A stretch of DNA of 64,000 bases from Yuukianura sp. NJ FZ-2021. Lineage: Eukaryota. Of this stretch, positions 1 through 11,823 are shown piece by piece. The notes below the pieces were generated by a model, which saw only the letters and a program-made list of their open reading frames with translations, was not told the origin of the DNA and did not search any database. A program made the translations under genes and the position numbers. The DNA lies in the NCBI GenBank assembly GCA_046563655.1, contig CM102289.1, positions 10,044,001 to 10,108,000 of the forward strand, written 5' to 3'. Within the stretch, counting starts at the first letter, position 1. Every line of letters starts with the position of its first letter.

Positions 1-2950
1 GTAAACGCTTAAAATCTGCTCTACACTCCGCTTTTAAATTTCAAGAGAAAGGTGAATGGAGTCTTAGTCTTTTGGAGAAAGAGTGACACTGACTAAAACA
101 TTGACGTCTTTAACATTTTTACGACACTTCTCCTCATGAAACAAAACACAACCTACTCAAAAAGTTACTAAACTTCTCAAAACACGCCCTCCGCTTTTTC
201 TAAATTAATCAAAACACTAAAATTCTCCTCTTCCCAAGAGCTTCCTTTTGGAATAAATTCTTGGAGAAAGCGGAACAGTTTTTACTACTTTCCCTTCATT
301 TTTACGACCAACTCTTCCGTTTTTTCTGAAGATTCGCAAAACCCTTTGGTATGAAGAGGCATTTTTCCGTAAAAACTTGGGTTTTAAGTTGATTACAATG
401 GATTCTAGCCAACTTTCACCAAATCCTCTGCTTTTTATATTTTCTCCAGATTTTTCCATTTACGCAAGCACTAAAATATTTAACCCTACTAATTTCTTTT
501 TCCAATACACCATAACCTTAGTCTATTAAAAACTGCAACTCATTTACAACCTTAAATAGCTTGACTTTTTTGAGTAGTTTTGTATTTTGGTGAAAGTTGG
601 AGGGTTTGCAAACGGTCCCCAGAGAAAGTTAAAGTCTGATGCTGTTGATGATTTTGATTTGTAAGATTAGAATTGGACGTTTTTGTGTTTCCTTTGAAGT
701 GCTGTTATTTGAGGTCTCTGAGGAGGAAGAGGTCAAAGGGCATTTGGATCCCTTTGAATTCTATTATCCTCCTAATACTTCCTATTATCCTGCCCTTCAA
801 GGGCCCCAGGCAAAACATACTCAAAGCGGATGGGGGTGACTTTACCAAAAACGTCTCAAAACTTAAGTCATTTGAGTTTTCCAGGAGAAAGCAGTCTTTT
901 GTTTAATTGAATCATCCGAGGACTTTCTTCCATCAACATTGATGCAAATTGAACTTCTGGATTTTTCCAAAATACGTTTCCTTTTATGTAGTGATTAAAA
1001 AGCATTAATTGGGACAAAGTGACTACTTGAGTGGAAAATTATGTCTCCAGGCAGGTTTTTAACATTATGGACCAACTTTAGAGTTTGGGGGGCAACAGAG
1101 TCAGTTCTTGACTAAAAAGTAGCCACAAAGTACTTGGACACAAATTAGTTTTGGTAGCCCCAGGTACAGAAACTAGTTTCCACTCCTCCTTCCAGGAACA
1201 GCCTCCGTGACTGAGTGTCCGAGGTCAACAAGGTCAACTCCAACTCCCACAACAATCCACATCCACAGTCCAAGGAGCCCTTACTCTCTTTCAACAATGG
1301 AAATCGAATTAGAGAGTACCCTTAAGTCTCCCTCCAGATCACATCACAAGGCCCTGTCATCTTCCAATATTTTATTAAGAACAACCATTGTGCCCTTCAC
1401 TTCTCTACATCCTACCACCAACTGGGAATTAAAGGGGAGCCCTTGAAGTCTTTTCAGTTCAAGTTTCCCCCACTTCATTTCCATAACAAAAGTAGTGATG
1501 TCACCTTCTCAAATCAACGTTCGATCCTACAATATCTTTTGTCTCATTTTAAAAACCATCACTCCGTTTCTTAAAAGTGAGAAAAGAGTGAGCGTCCTTA
1601 AGGGCTCCCTTTCAAACGATTGTCATCATCAGGATTATCATCATCCACCCTCCTTCCAAAACACATCTCAGATCGGAGCCCTCCACGGCGGGGGAGGGTG
1701 GGCCCTTAAGGGCCTGCTCTCGGGAGATCATTTTGTCATTTGAATGTTGTTGCACAATGCCTACCGCAACACCTTATTAAAACCAACAGGAGTCAAACCA
1801 CGCTTTTTAGTTCCACCAAGCTTAACTTTCTCTTTTGCATAACTTTTTTTCATCTTTACTTTTACATTTTGATAGCTGGAAGCACAAGTTATTGTAAAAA
1901 CGTAAGAAATGCCTGGAGTTGTGTATGAAGTTCCTGTTTTTGAAATTTAAAATTCAATTTTGCGTCAAAGAAAGAATAACAGAAGCGGAAACCTGTCGAT
2001 TCCAATTGTTTGTGTTTGTCCTCCAGCCAAACTGGAATGAGATGCACAAAGTTTATACTTTTTCTTAACTTTGTATTTTCCTGCCTGTCATCTTGACTAT
2101 TATTAGTTGGACTAACAATGAACCTGATTTGTTAGGATCAGTTGCACGCACTTACAACTCTCAAAACTTCCCTCCTAACACAATTTAAACAGGATTTGAA
2201 GAGTCATTTAAACATGGAAGATGTTGAGATAGTTGAAGGTGGATTGAGCTGCTCATTATTGTAATAACACACTTCTGCATCTAAATAAGGCACTTGTCAC
2301 AACATTCTAAGGAGAAAGTCACTTTTCACTAATCCCCCAAGTCCCTAATGCTTTCTCAGCACTAACTTTAGTTTAAGGCACTTTGCCTGCCCTGTCCCAC
2401 TAAATCTTAAAAGTCGTCAGGAAAAAAACGTAGATTTGAAAGTTCCCGCCAAGAAGCTACAAGCAATTCCCACTTGTTGCAGAGCAAGGAAAAAGAAAAA
2501 CTGTTTTTCCAAAGTAATTTGAAATGTAAATGGGCAGGAGAGATTGGATTTGAAAGTGGTAGGTCGTAACTACTGGGCTTGTGAAGAGGGAGCTTCGAGG
2601 GGAGCCCTTGAATAAGGGAACAGTAGCCCTTGCAGCTACTAAACGACATGTATGAACATTACCACTTCTTCGCTTGCACTGTCTTTGAATAAGAACATGT
2701 ATTTGGAGAAAGTAGGTCAAAGGTCAAACCCTATTGATTTTTAGTATTTATTTAAAAGAAATGACGTAAGTGGTAAACGAAAGGACAACGTAAGACGTAG
2801 TGTGGATTCGCAGTACATCCTAGTTTATGTACAGAGTCTAAATGAATTTGGAAGAAAGCAGACGAATGTGAAGGAGATAGGGGCGATGGTTGTAATTTTG
2901 AATACTAGTTGATGAATTTGAGATGAGTAGATGTTAAGGGTGGGTGACCT

Positions 2951-3649
<699 letters not shown>

Positions 3650-3940
3650 TCAACTACAATTGAAGTTAAGAAACTCACAAGTTAGGTTGACGAAGTGGAT
3701 GCTGGAACGGATGTTGGTGGTTACACTGGAAGAGTCCTCTGGATAACTTTAGTTGGATGACGATAGTTAACTTTGAATTTAACAATTTGGAATTGGTTAA
3801 CGTTGTTTCCTGGTTTCTTTGTGCGAAGTTTCCACTGTGTTTCGTCTGACAATGAGTCAGAGAGGGGAGTATCAGCTGATGCGCAGACTGCTATACTCTA
3901 TAGGCAATGACCTTACAACACAAGTCTCTGTTTTTTCCAC

Positions 3941-3952
3941 TGCGCATGCGCA
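3941..3952. promoter_or_regulatory. NRF1/Erect-wing type palindrome upstream of GABARAP
   Basis: Perfect TGCGCATGCGCA about 330 bp upstream of the GABARAP ATG. Confidence 0.5.
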
Positions 3953-6900
3953 TAACAACAAAATACAAAACAAGGAGAAAGCAAAGTACAAAAGACGCCA
4001 ACTACTTTCACTCGGACCTCCTTAACGCTACCAAACTTTCTCCGTTTTTCTAAAAACCAAAAATTCTCTCTTTCCTCCATTTCCTCAAGATTATCTTAAT
4101 TATTTTCATTTCCACTGAGTTTTCAACTTATAACATATGCTGGGAAGGACGGATTTTGAAAATTTACATCCAGTTAAGCCTGCATTGTCATGAAACAACG
4201 AAATAGCTGAAATTGAAACTGTGGCTGTTGTTGGGCTAAGACGCTGTTTGAAAAAGTGGTTCGGAAGAGGCGATGAGTCATAGGTGTTTGAAAAATCAAA
4301 GATTTTGTTCCTGTCAAAGTGAATAGGGACAAGAAAGAAAACGTAGACTTATGAGGACTTCAGAAACTGAAATCTGTTTGTTTAGAATGGTCCAAGGGCC
4401 CCCTTTTCACTTGCCATCCCTTCAACATAATTACCCAGTGCACTGCCTGTTCCACCTGCAAGGGCCCTTATGTCGTCGCCCCGACGTTCCATTCTCTATC
4501 CCGCTCCGACTTTTTTAGTGAGAAAGTAGAAAATTTTCGTGTTTTTAACAAACTTTAATAATGATAGATGTGAAAGTTTGATAGTCCACTAGCGCCACCA
4601 ACTTTCATCGCTATGCGTCGTTGTTTACAAAAGTCAGGTTGACCTGTGATGATTTTTTGAAAGTGAGAAGACGACATAGCTGTGAGTGGAGTCGAATCGA
4701 TGAGTCAGCCTGTTGCCTGTCCAAAGATTTTGAAAAGATAAGTTGTGCGTAAGGGATCGGAAGGTGCGTAATCACCAAAAGTACCCGCTAACCTCTTAAA
4801 CGATTCCAGCACTTTCATGAACGCTGTTTTATGGACTATTTAGCACAAAAATTGAAGATGAATTTAGAATATTTGACCTAATTGGAAATGGAAATGTTCT
4901 CATTTCCGTGGATTGACCTTGACAAGCACTCTAAAGTCCATTTGCATCAATTCCGCAATTAGGTGAACTTCTTCAAATTGCAATTAAGAATTAGTCAAAG
5001 GCCAACCGTTGACTCAAAGTAGGACGCCTGGAATCATTTGCGCAAAAAAACTACATTTTTTAGTTTCTGGTCTCATCAGTTTCGTAAAATTGACTTCCGT
5101 TTTTGTGGATTTGAAATGTCATTTTATGACACAGAGCTTCTGGAGAGTGTTTGTGAATTGCGAAATGGACGAAATAGAGTGTTATCTATTAGGACTTTTG
5201 AGGAATCGAGGTCAAATGTCACGTCATGTCTGCCACTTTTACTAGAATCTTCTTCCTTGCTTCACCCATCGAAATATTTCCGTCTTTGCAGTCATTTCGT
5301 CATTCCCTGGTTGGTGCATTTTTGCAAAAGTAAAAAAAGTAAGGTAGAGTCGTATGGTTTTGGAGGAAATCGGTGGTCGGTGGCGTGATATGCCTACTTT
5401 TTGATTTGTTAATTTCATAGTCGTTTTGGAGAGTTCGTTTGTTTTTGTTAAACGTTTTGAAGTGGTCCCATTGTCCTCAGTTTGAAGTGTTAAGCTCAAT
5501 TTCATTTCCATGTTCACTTCCAGACAAGTTGGCGTCGGAAGAAATACTTACCAACTTGATGTAACTGAATTTGTGCTTACGCAATAACAAAATTAACTGC
5601 CGAATTGACATTTGACACTCTCAGATGCATTTTCTGTCTCTCAAAGGATGTACGAATTAAAATTGCTTTGTTTTCATTTTTCAAAAGTCTTTTAGCATCC
5701 ATGCGTTCCCAAAAGAAATTCAAAGCAGTGACGAAAAAGCATGATGAAGTTCACTACTTGCAACGTCCAACTGTTTTTCAAAAACGAAACTTTTCAAACT
5801 TTTTTTTTCCAAAAACCTAACCTGCGCTACTTTTTTCGTGCTTGTGAGCCTTGTATCCCTTTGCCTGTTGCAGAGTCCTGTTAGTTAAGGGATAGGCTTT
5901 GACTTAAAACAGTATAAACAGTGTATTAATAACTGAGAACCTGTTTCTATTTTTTACTGTCTTTTTAAACTATCCAGTCCAAAGATTAGTGTAAACACGA
6001 ATGCTAAATTCTCATATCAATCCGACTGATACCACGCAGCATAACGCATTCTTAATTTACAAGTTCAAAAATAAACATGATTTCACATTTACTTCAATTT
6101 CCAAAAGACATAGAGGCTTAGTATTGCTGCCATTTGGATTTAAAACCAAATGCAAAACCAACTGAGAATGTTGCATTTTTATCATAGTGCATGGTGGATT
6201 GGGAGCAGAATTAGTCATGGATTAGGACAAAATCACATTTGTCAAGGCCACTAAACGCTATTAGTATTTTTAGTTTTGAAATAAGGTAAACTGAAAAGTG
6301 TGTTCTAAAAGAGTGAGTGAATTCCGTTAGAAGGTGAGTCATCACGCAGTTCAGGTAGAGAGGGGAGGGGAAAGTGATTTCATAGACACCAAACTGACGT
6401 TTTAGCAGTCGCCAGTTCAAATCTCCGCGGGTGGAACCACAAGCGAAGCCTAATTACACTTTCTGCTACCCAAAACAAAACTAGAACAAAAGTTGAAAAC
6501 GACGTGAAAACGAAATTTAAAAAACGCTTGAAGAAGGGAACTTTGGGAGAAAGCATGTACAGAGACCAAGTTGTAGAAAAGTGAAAGCATTAACTGGTAA
6601 AGTTGTTTAACTTTTTGAGCTGCTAGCCCTCGGCTGATCCCGGGTCAAGATGTGATTTGGGTTAATGTGGTGATGTGTGAGTTGTAGGAAGAGATCGGAA
6701 GATGCGTTGTTTGGGTGATGGTCGGTGATTCGTGGAGAGGGATGGGGTGGTGTGTCCTTCTGTACAGAAGTGTACAAAATTGTACAGAATTGAGAGTGTA
6801 CAGAACTGAAGTGTACCTTGTTCAAATGGTAGAACAGGGGTAGGTTTTTAGGAAGCTCGGAGGAGGGTGGTATCATGCCCAGGATTTAGCAGATCCAGAA

Positions 6901-7132
6901 CAGACCTCAGTCCGTGTCTGCAACACAAGGAAGCATCTACTTCAAGCGACGTACAACACTCCCAAGTGATCAGACTCAATTTAGCACTGGACCACAACAC
7001 ATCTCAATCTTACAAACACTAAACAAGTGACAAGTGAAAGTGAAACACTCCACTTCTCAAATTGACAGTCGGAATCTTATGGAACTCGCACTCCAGTTCC
7101 AACTTCGAATCACTTTTCAGAATCAGTCCAAA

Positions 7133-9553
7133 ATGGCAATTCCCTTTTTCGTTGACCCCGAGTATGGCCCACTTCCCCCGCCAGCAGCCCAGCCTGCCCC
7201 ACCGCCAAGGTCACCACAACCCCCTCCGTGGCACGGTGGCAACAATCGTCCCCTTGTCACCATCGATGACAACAACAACCATGTCATCCCTGACTTGGTC
7301 CATGGAGTGGCTACTTTCCCCCACTTGTACTCTCGTCAACAACCAATGAGAAACACAAGTCAAGTGTCAAATTCTGGAAACAGTAGAGAAAGCGTGTCAT
7401 CTTGGCCTTCGTGGCTTCCTCTGGACACTTTGGCCAATTGTCTCTTCAACAATCCACTCTCAACTTTCACCTTCTCTCGAACAGGTCAGTAAAAACAATA
7501 AAAACTACAATAATACAAATACATTTACAATTAATTGTTCTAATCAAAATAAGAGTGGGAAATGACACATTTAGTCCAGTTACGAATTTAAAAGATTAGA
7601 ACAGTAGTGTGTAAGTGTGTTGGTGTAAATTTCCTTGTTACACTGCGCTGTGAGTGCGATTTCCCAACCACAACTTGATTTACAAACATCATCGTGGTCA
7701 CCACAAAACAAAAGGCGCTACAAATCCAATCTTAATCAAATATTAACTTTTCCTTAATACGTTTTTATAGTTCCGTTATACGTTACTTTTTTAAAGTTTG
7801 GAACGAAAAGTTACGTTTGTTTTGAGTTGAAGGACTTTTAAGTCCAATGATCTCAGATGTAAGGTGTGGCGTGAGACAATAAGACACAAATAAGACGTTT
7901 TGGGGTAACTAGGTGTGAATTTACGTCAATTAGGAAATTAGCAAACGACATCAGTGGACAGAAGCTGTGCAAAAGTGCAAATTCTTGAAACATGACTTGT
8001 CATCCACTCCACTCCAACTCTTGCCCTCTTCATTTCATGTGCAAAATCCCGTTTGACTATTGACACTACACTTCAACTTACTCAATCTCCAACTTAATTT
8101 CCATAAACTCCATGCGCTACGCGACAAAACTTGAGTTTTAATTTTTGCACTTTTAATTCTGCTACGTGGACACAAAGGACACACAATACTTTGCATTTCT
8201 GCTTGTGCAAATAACCGCAATTACTCATCCTCACCTAAAAATAGATATTCAACACACAGTAGCCTCCCATTTACCCACTCCAATTCTAATCTCTCCAAAC
8301 TTTAAAACTTACTCTACAAAATTCCAGTGTCCTCGGAGGTCACAGAGGTCATTTGAGAGAACAGTTGCCCGGAAATTAAACTGTTTACTCAAATTCTGGA
8401 AGTTCAAACACCCCGATTTGATGGAAAGTCAAGGAAAAGATTAGCAATTTTCATTTCTTATTGACTCGTGTCAAACTTAATGTCTCAAGGAGGATTTTGG
8501 GATAAGATTTGTCATATTTGTGTTGTGCAGAGAGTAAACAACTTTTAGTCCACTGCCCTAATCTAACAACGTAAATTGTTAATTGAATTTAAATTCCAAG
8601 TTCAAGAGTCCAGGGGTGGTTGACCTCAGAAGTCAAAATAAGTGTCACAAACAACAAATGACCTAATGTCTTCTTTTCATTTTCAGAACAAAACGAGAGT
8701 CCAAGGGAAGATGGACTGCCAGACGTCGTTCAATGCCACTCTGGCTTCTCCTTTGACCTGTCTTTCCAGTCAACCCGCGTCTATGCCTCACGACCACCCA
8801 CCTCCAGCACGTCGCCAGACGAACAACACACTCCCAGGCGACGACGTCGCCACCCCGCTGGAGCTGTGCAGCCTCAGGATGGTCGCCACCCTGTGCCGCT
8901 CAATCAGGAGCTCATTTACAACGCAGATGACATGGACGAGTGGAATCTAGAACTCAAAGTGGCCGTCAACTCTTGGAAAGCAGTCGGAGCAGATTTAAGA
9001 GACGTAGGAGACCAATATGCATTTGAATTCGAGGTGAGACATTTTTAAACATTTCAAAAAAAACTTTACAAATTTTAAAAAGTAGTGTGAATCATAGCGT
9101 TGAAGGAGGGAGGGAGTGATTTAGAGTTAACGATACGAGGTGTTGATGGCCACTTTCTAATTACACTTTTTAAAAAGCATATTCTTAGAAATAAAAAATG
9201 AAGCGGCATTAAAGTTCACGTAATGTTCAGGGGAGATGGAAATTAGACTTTTTTTGAAATTGAAGTTGAAGATGCTGTTAGATGCAGACATTAATTTTGG
9301 TTTTATGATCCAAGTGGGAAGACTTCTTTTGTGTTTAATAACTTTCAAAATACAAAAGAAATCTCACACCCTTTTATGAAAAAAAAACTAAAGCAGCGTT
9401 TTTTTTATTGTTTCACAGAGCTCACTCCAGCGTCAGCGATCTCCGAGGCAAGAATCTTTCAAAGTTCAATGCGGTTTCAAAATGGCGATGCTGCCAGCAC
9501 TGGCCTTGGTGGGTGTTGCCACTGGACTGGCCTATCTACGACGTCGCTTATGA
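7133..9553 (+). CDS. Putative BH3-only protein with C-terminal tail anchor, ~277 aa (exons 7133-7484, 8687-9033, 9419-9553)
   Basis: Three exons join in phase (1, then 0) via GTCAGT..TTTCAG and GTGAGA..TCACAG; Pro/Ser-rich N-terminus; WKAVGADLRDVGDQYAFEF BH3-like motif (8983-9018); ends MAMLPALALVGVATGLAYLRRRL-stop. Confidence 0.75.
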
Positions 9554-11006
9554 AAAAGCGACATTTCCAGCATGCGACATTTACGACATTTCAACATTGG
9601 TCCTTGACAAGATCCACCGAAGAGTCATTCAACTGCTGACGTCCTTGTCCGGTTGTGTCTCCAACCCCACAAGAATCCGAACTTATTCAACTGTGTATCA
9701 ATTCGTACTTTAATTTAGTCATTTTTAGTTGAGTTTTCCTCTTTTTTCCTCTTTTTTGTTCACTCAAAGTGTGATCTCAACTTTAAGATCATGCTCCTAA
9801 GCACCTAACGTTAAACTTTAGTTTTCTCAAAGTGGAATTCACAACTCCACTTCTAAATAGGTCACACAATTATTTATTTCAAGTTTCTATTTATATTTGT
9901 TAGTTTAGAATCATCAAAAGTTTACAATTCCGTTTTCGGATCAAAATGTGTTTGGCAAAGTTAAAACTTGGTTTCGTGATTTTTTGAATTGTTAATGATC
10001 TCGGTTGATCTTTCCTTTCAGTAGATTTCCCTAGTCAAACATTTTTTCATTTCGTGTTTTCTGAAAATTTTCAAAGTTTGGACATTGAACTCAGTTTTCA
10101 GAAAGAAATCAATTTCTAAACCATTTGAATTGGGGACCCTGACAAGGTGCCTTTTGCTTACCAACTTCCAGTTATTTTCAAAATTATTCACTTTATGAAA
10201 AGGATTTTCCGTTTTTTAAATTCTCAAATTTCCTAAATTTGCCCACCCAATTGTCTTTCAAAATAAGAAATTATGTAATGATTGTAAAGATGACTTCATT
10301 TGGAACCACAACTCTTTCAAATGAGGCCTAACTTAACCTACCGACCAAAAGAAATTGAGTGGACTCAATAATTTATAGTTTTTACACTCCTTTTGTACAA
10401 TTCCTTCTCTCATAGTCGTAATTTGTAGTACTTTTAGTTAGTTGTGTACAGTTAATTGTAAAATAGTTATTTTTGGAAGTAGGAAAGTGGAGACTTCATT
10501 GGCAGAAGACATGCATTTTATTTTGGACAAAAGTTGTGCTCAGTTTATGTTATGTTTGTTGTACTTTGAAGAGATCCAACACAAGGCCCAACACGTCTTT
10601 CAAAACCATACTGTACATGCATATTTAATAGCAATTAGTTAAATTAAACTTGCCATAAATCAAAAGTAATAATATTGTCTTTCTAGTTTATTTTTTACTA
10701 ATTTAATTACTCAACTGTAAAAATCCAGATTGTTCTGCAGAGGAATCAAAAATAAAAGAGCCTTATCATCAGCAAACCTCAGTCGTCTTACTTGCTTTCA
10801 TTCTTTTTTTAGTCATACCAAAAACTTCAAATTTTCATAAATTCTTAAAAAATTCCATATTTGGGTTAGTGTTACCAAAATGTTAAAAAGTAGGTTATTG
10901 TTCCAAAGAGTAAGAAAGTTCTTAAGGTGGTTTTCTTGTCCAGGGAGTGAGAAAGTAAGAAGTGAAAGTGGGTAGTTTGGAGTGTAGTCAATGTGTTTTT
11001 TGAAGG

Positions 11007-11043
11007 TTATTATAATAGCGAAGCTATTATGATAAAAGTGGTT

Positions 11044-11074
<31 letters not shown>

Positions 11075-11823
11075 CTGTCTGTCTGTCCAGATTAATTATC
11101 TCAGAAACTACTGGTCCGATTTGATTCCGGTTTTCACCAGTGACCATGTCATGACCCGGACTAGGTCACTATTGAATATGACCCCCGGGTGTCAACTCCT
11201 TCCGGGTCAAAGGTCAAGGTCAACCGGTTTTATCCCCGGTAACCGGGAAAATGACCTCTACAAAAGTTGTTCATCTCATCGAGTGGAACAACTTTTGTGT
11301 TTAATGTGTGACCCTAGGTCACCTCCTTCCGGGTCAAAATTGATTTCAAAGGTCATTTGTAATGCAAGTGTGGGTACAAAAAACTCTGCTTGTGAGACTG
11401 GAAAGGCAATTGGCATGGGACTTGATTCTCTGCTTAGCAAAAAATCTATTACGCAGTTGACAGATACACTTCACACACTCATGCACTGTGTCCACCGGGT
11501 GTCACCTGTCACCTCTCAGTTGCCGGGTGTCACCTGTCACCTGTCACCTCTCAGTTGCCGGGTGTCACCTGTCACCTGTCACGCCTCAGCTGTCACGTCT
11601 CACCTGTCACCTGTCACGCCTCAGCTGTCACGTCTCACCTGTCACCTGTCACGCCTCAGCTGTCACGTCTCACCTGTCAACACCCCCTGGGGGGGCGGGA
11701 GAGTGGGGGAACACACTCCTACTCCCCGGGGGGGGGGGCGGGAAAATGGGGGAACAAACCCCCTTCGGGGGGCCTATTGCTTCGCTATTATCATTATGGG
11801 CGGTTTACAACCGGTTTATTTTT
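11007..11823 (+). mobile_element. Non-autonomous Helentron-associated (DINE-1/HINE-like) element with internal tandem repeats
   Basis: Subterminal inverted repeats ATAATAGCGAAGC (11012-11024) / GCTTCGCTATTAT (11779-11791); (GTCT)n microsatellite 11043-11086; CTGTCAC-based central repeat; 3' hairpin CGGTT-TAC-AACCG (11801-11813); T-rich ends. Confidence 0.7.
11495..11680 (+). repeat. Imperfect tandem array built from CTGTCAC/CCTCAG units inside the HINE-like element
   Basis: Repeated GTCACCTGTCAC(G/C)..TCAG units visible directly. Confidence 0.9.

Noticed and set aside
1..2720. Short ORFs at the window start
   Set aside because: No consistent exon chain or protein motif found; a partial gene cannot be excluded
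5500..8690. p53 response elements near the BH3 candidate
   Set aside because: Only isolated, mismatched RRRCWWGYYY half-sites; no proper paired element
9331..9713. ORF-track frames 9331-9639 and 9408-9713
   Set aside because: The phase-0 junction from 9033 selects the third frame (9419-9553), which encodes the tail anchor
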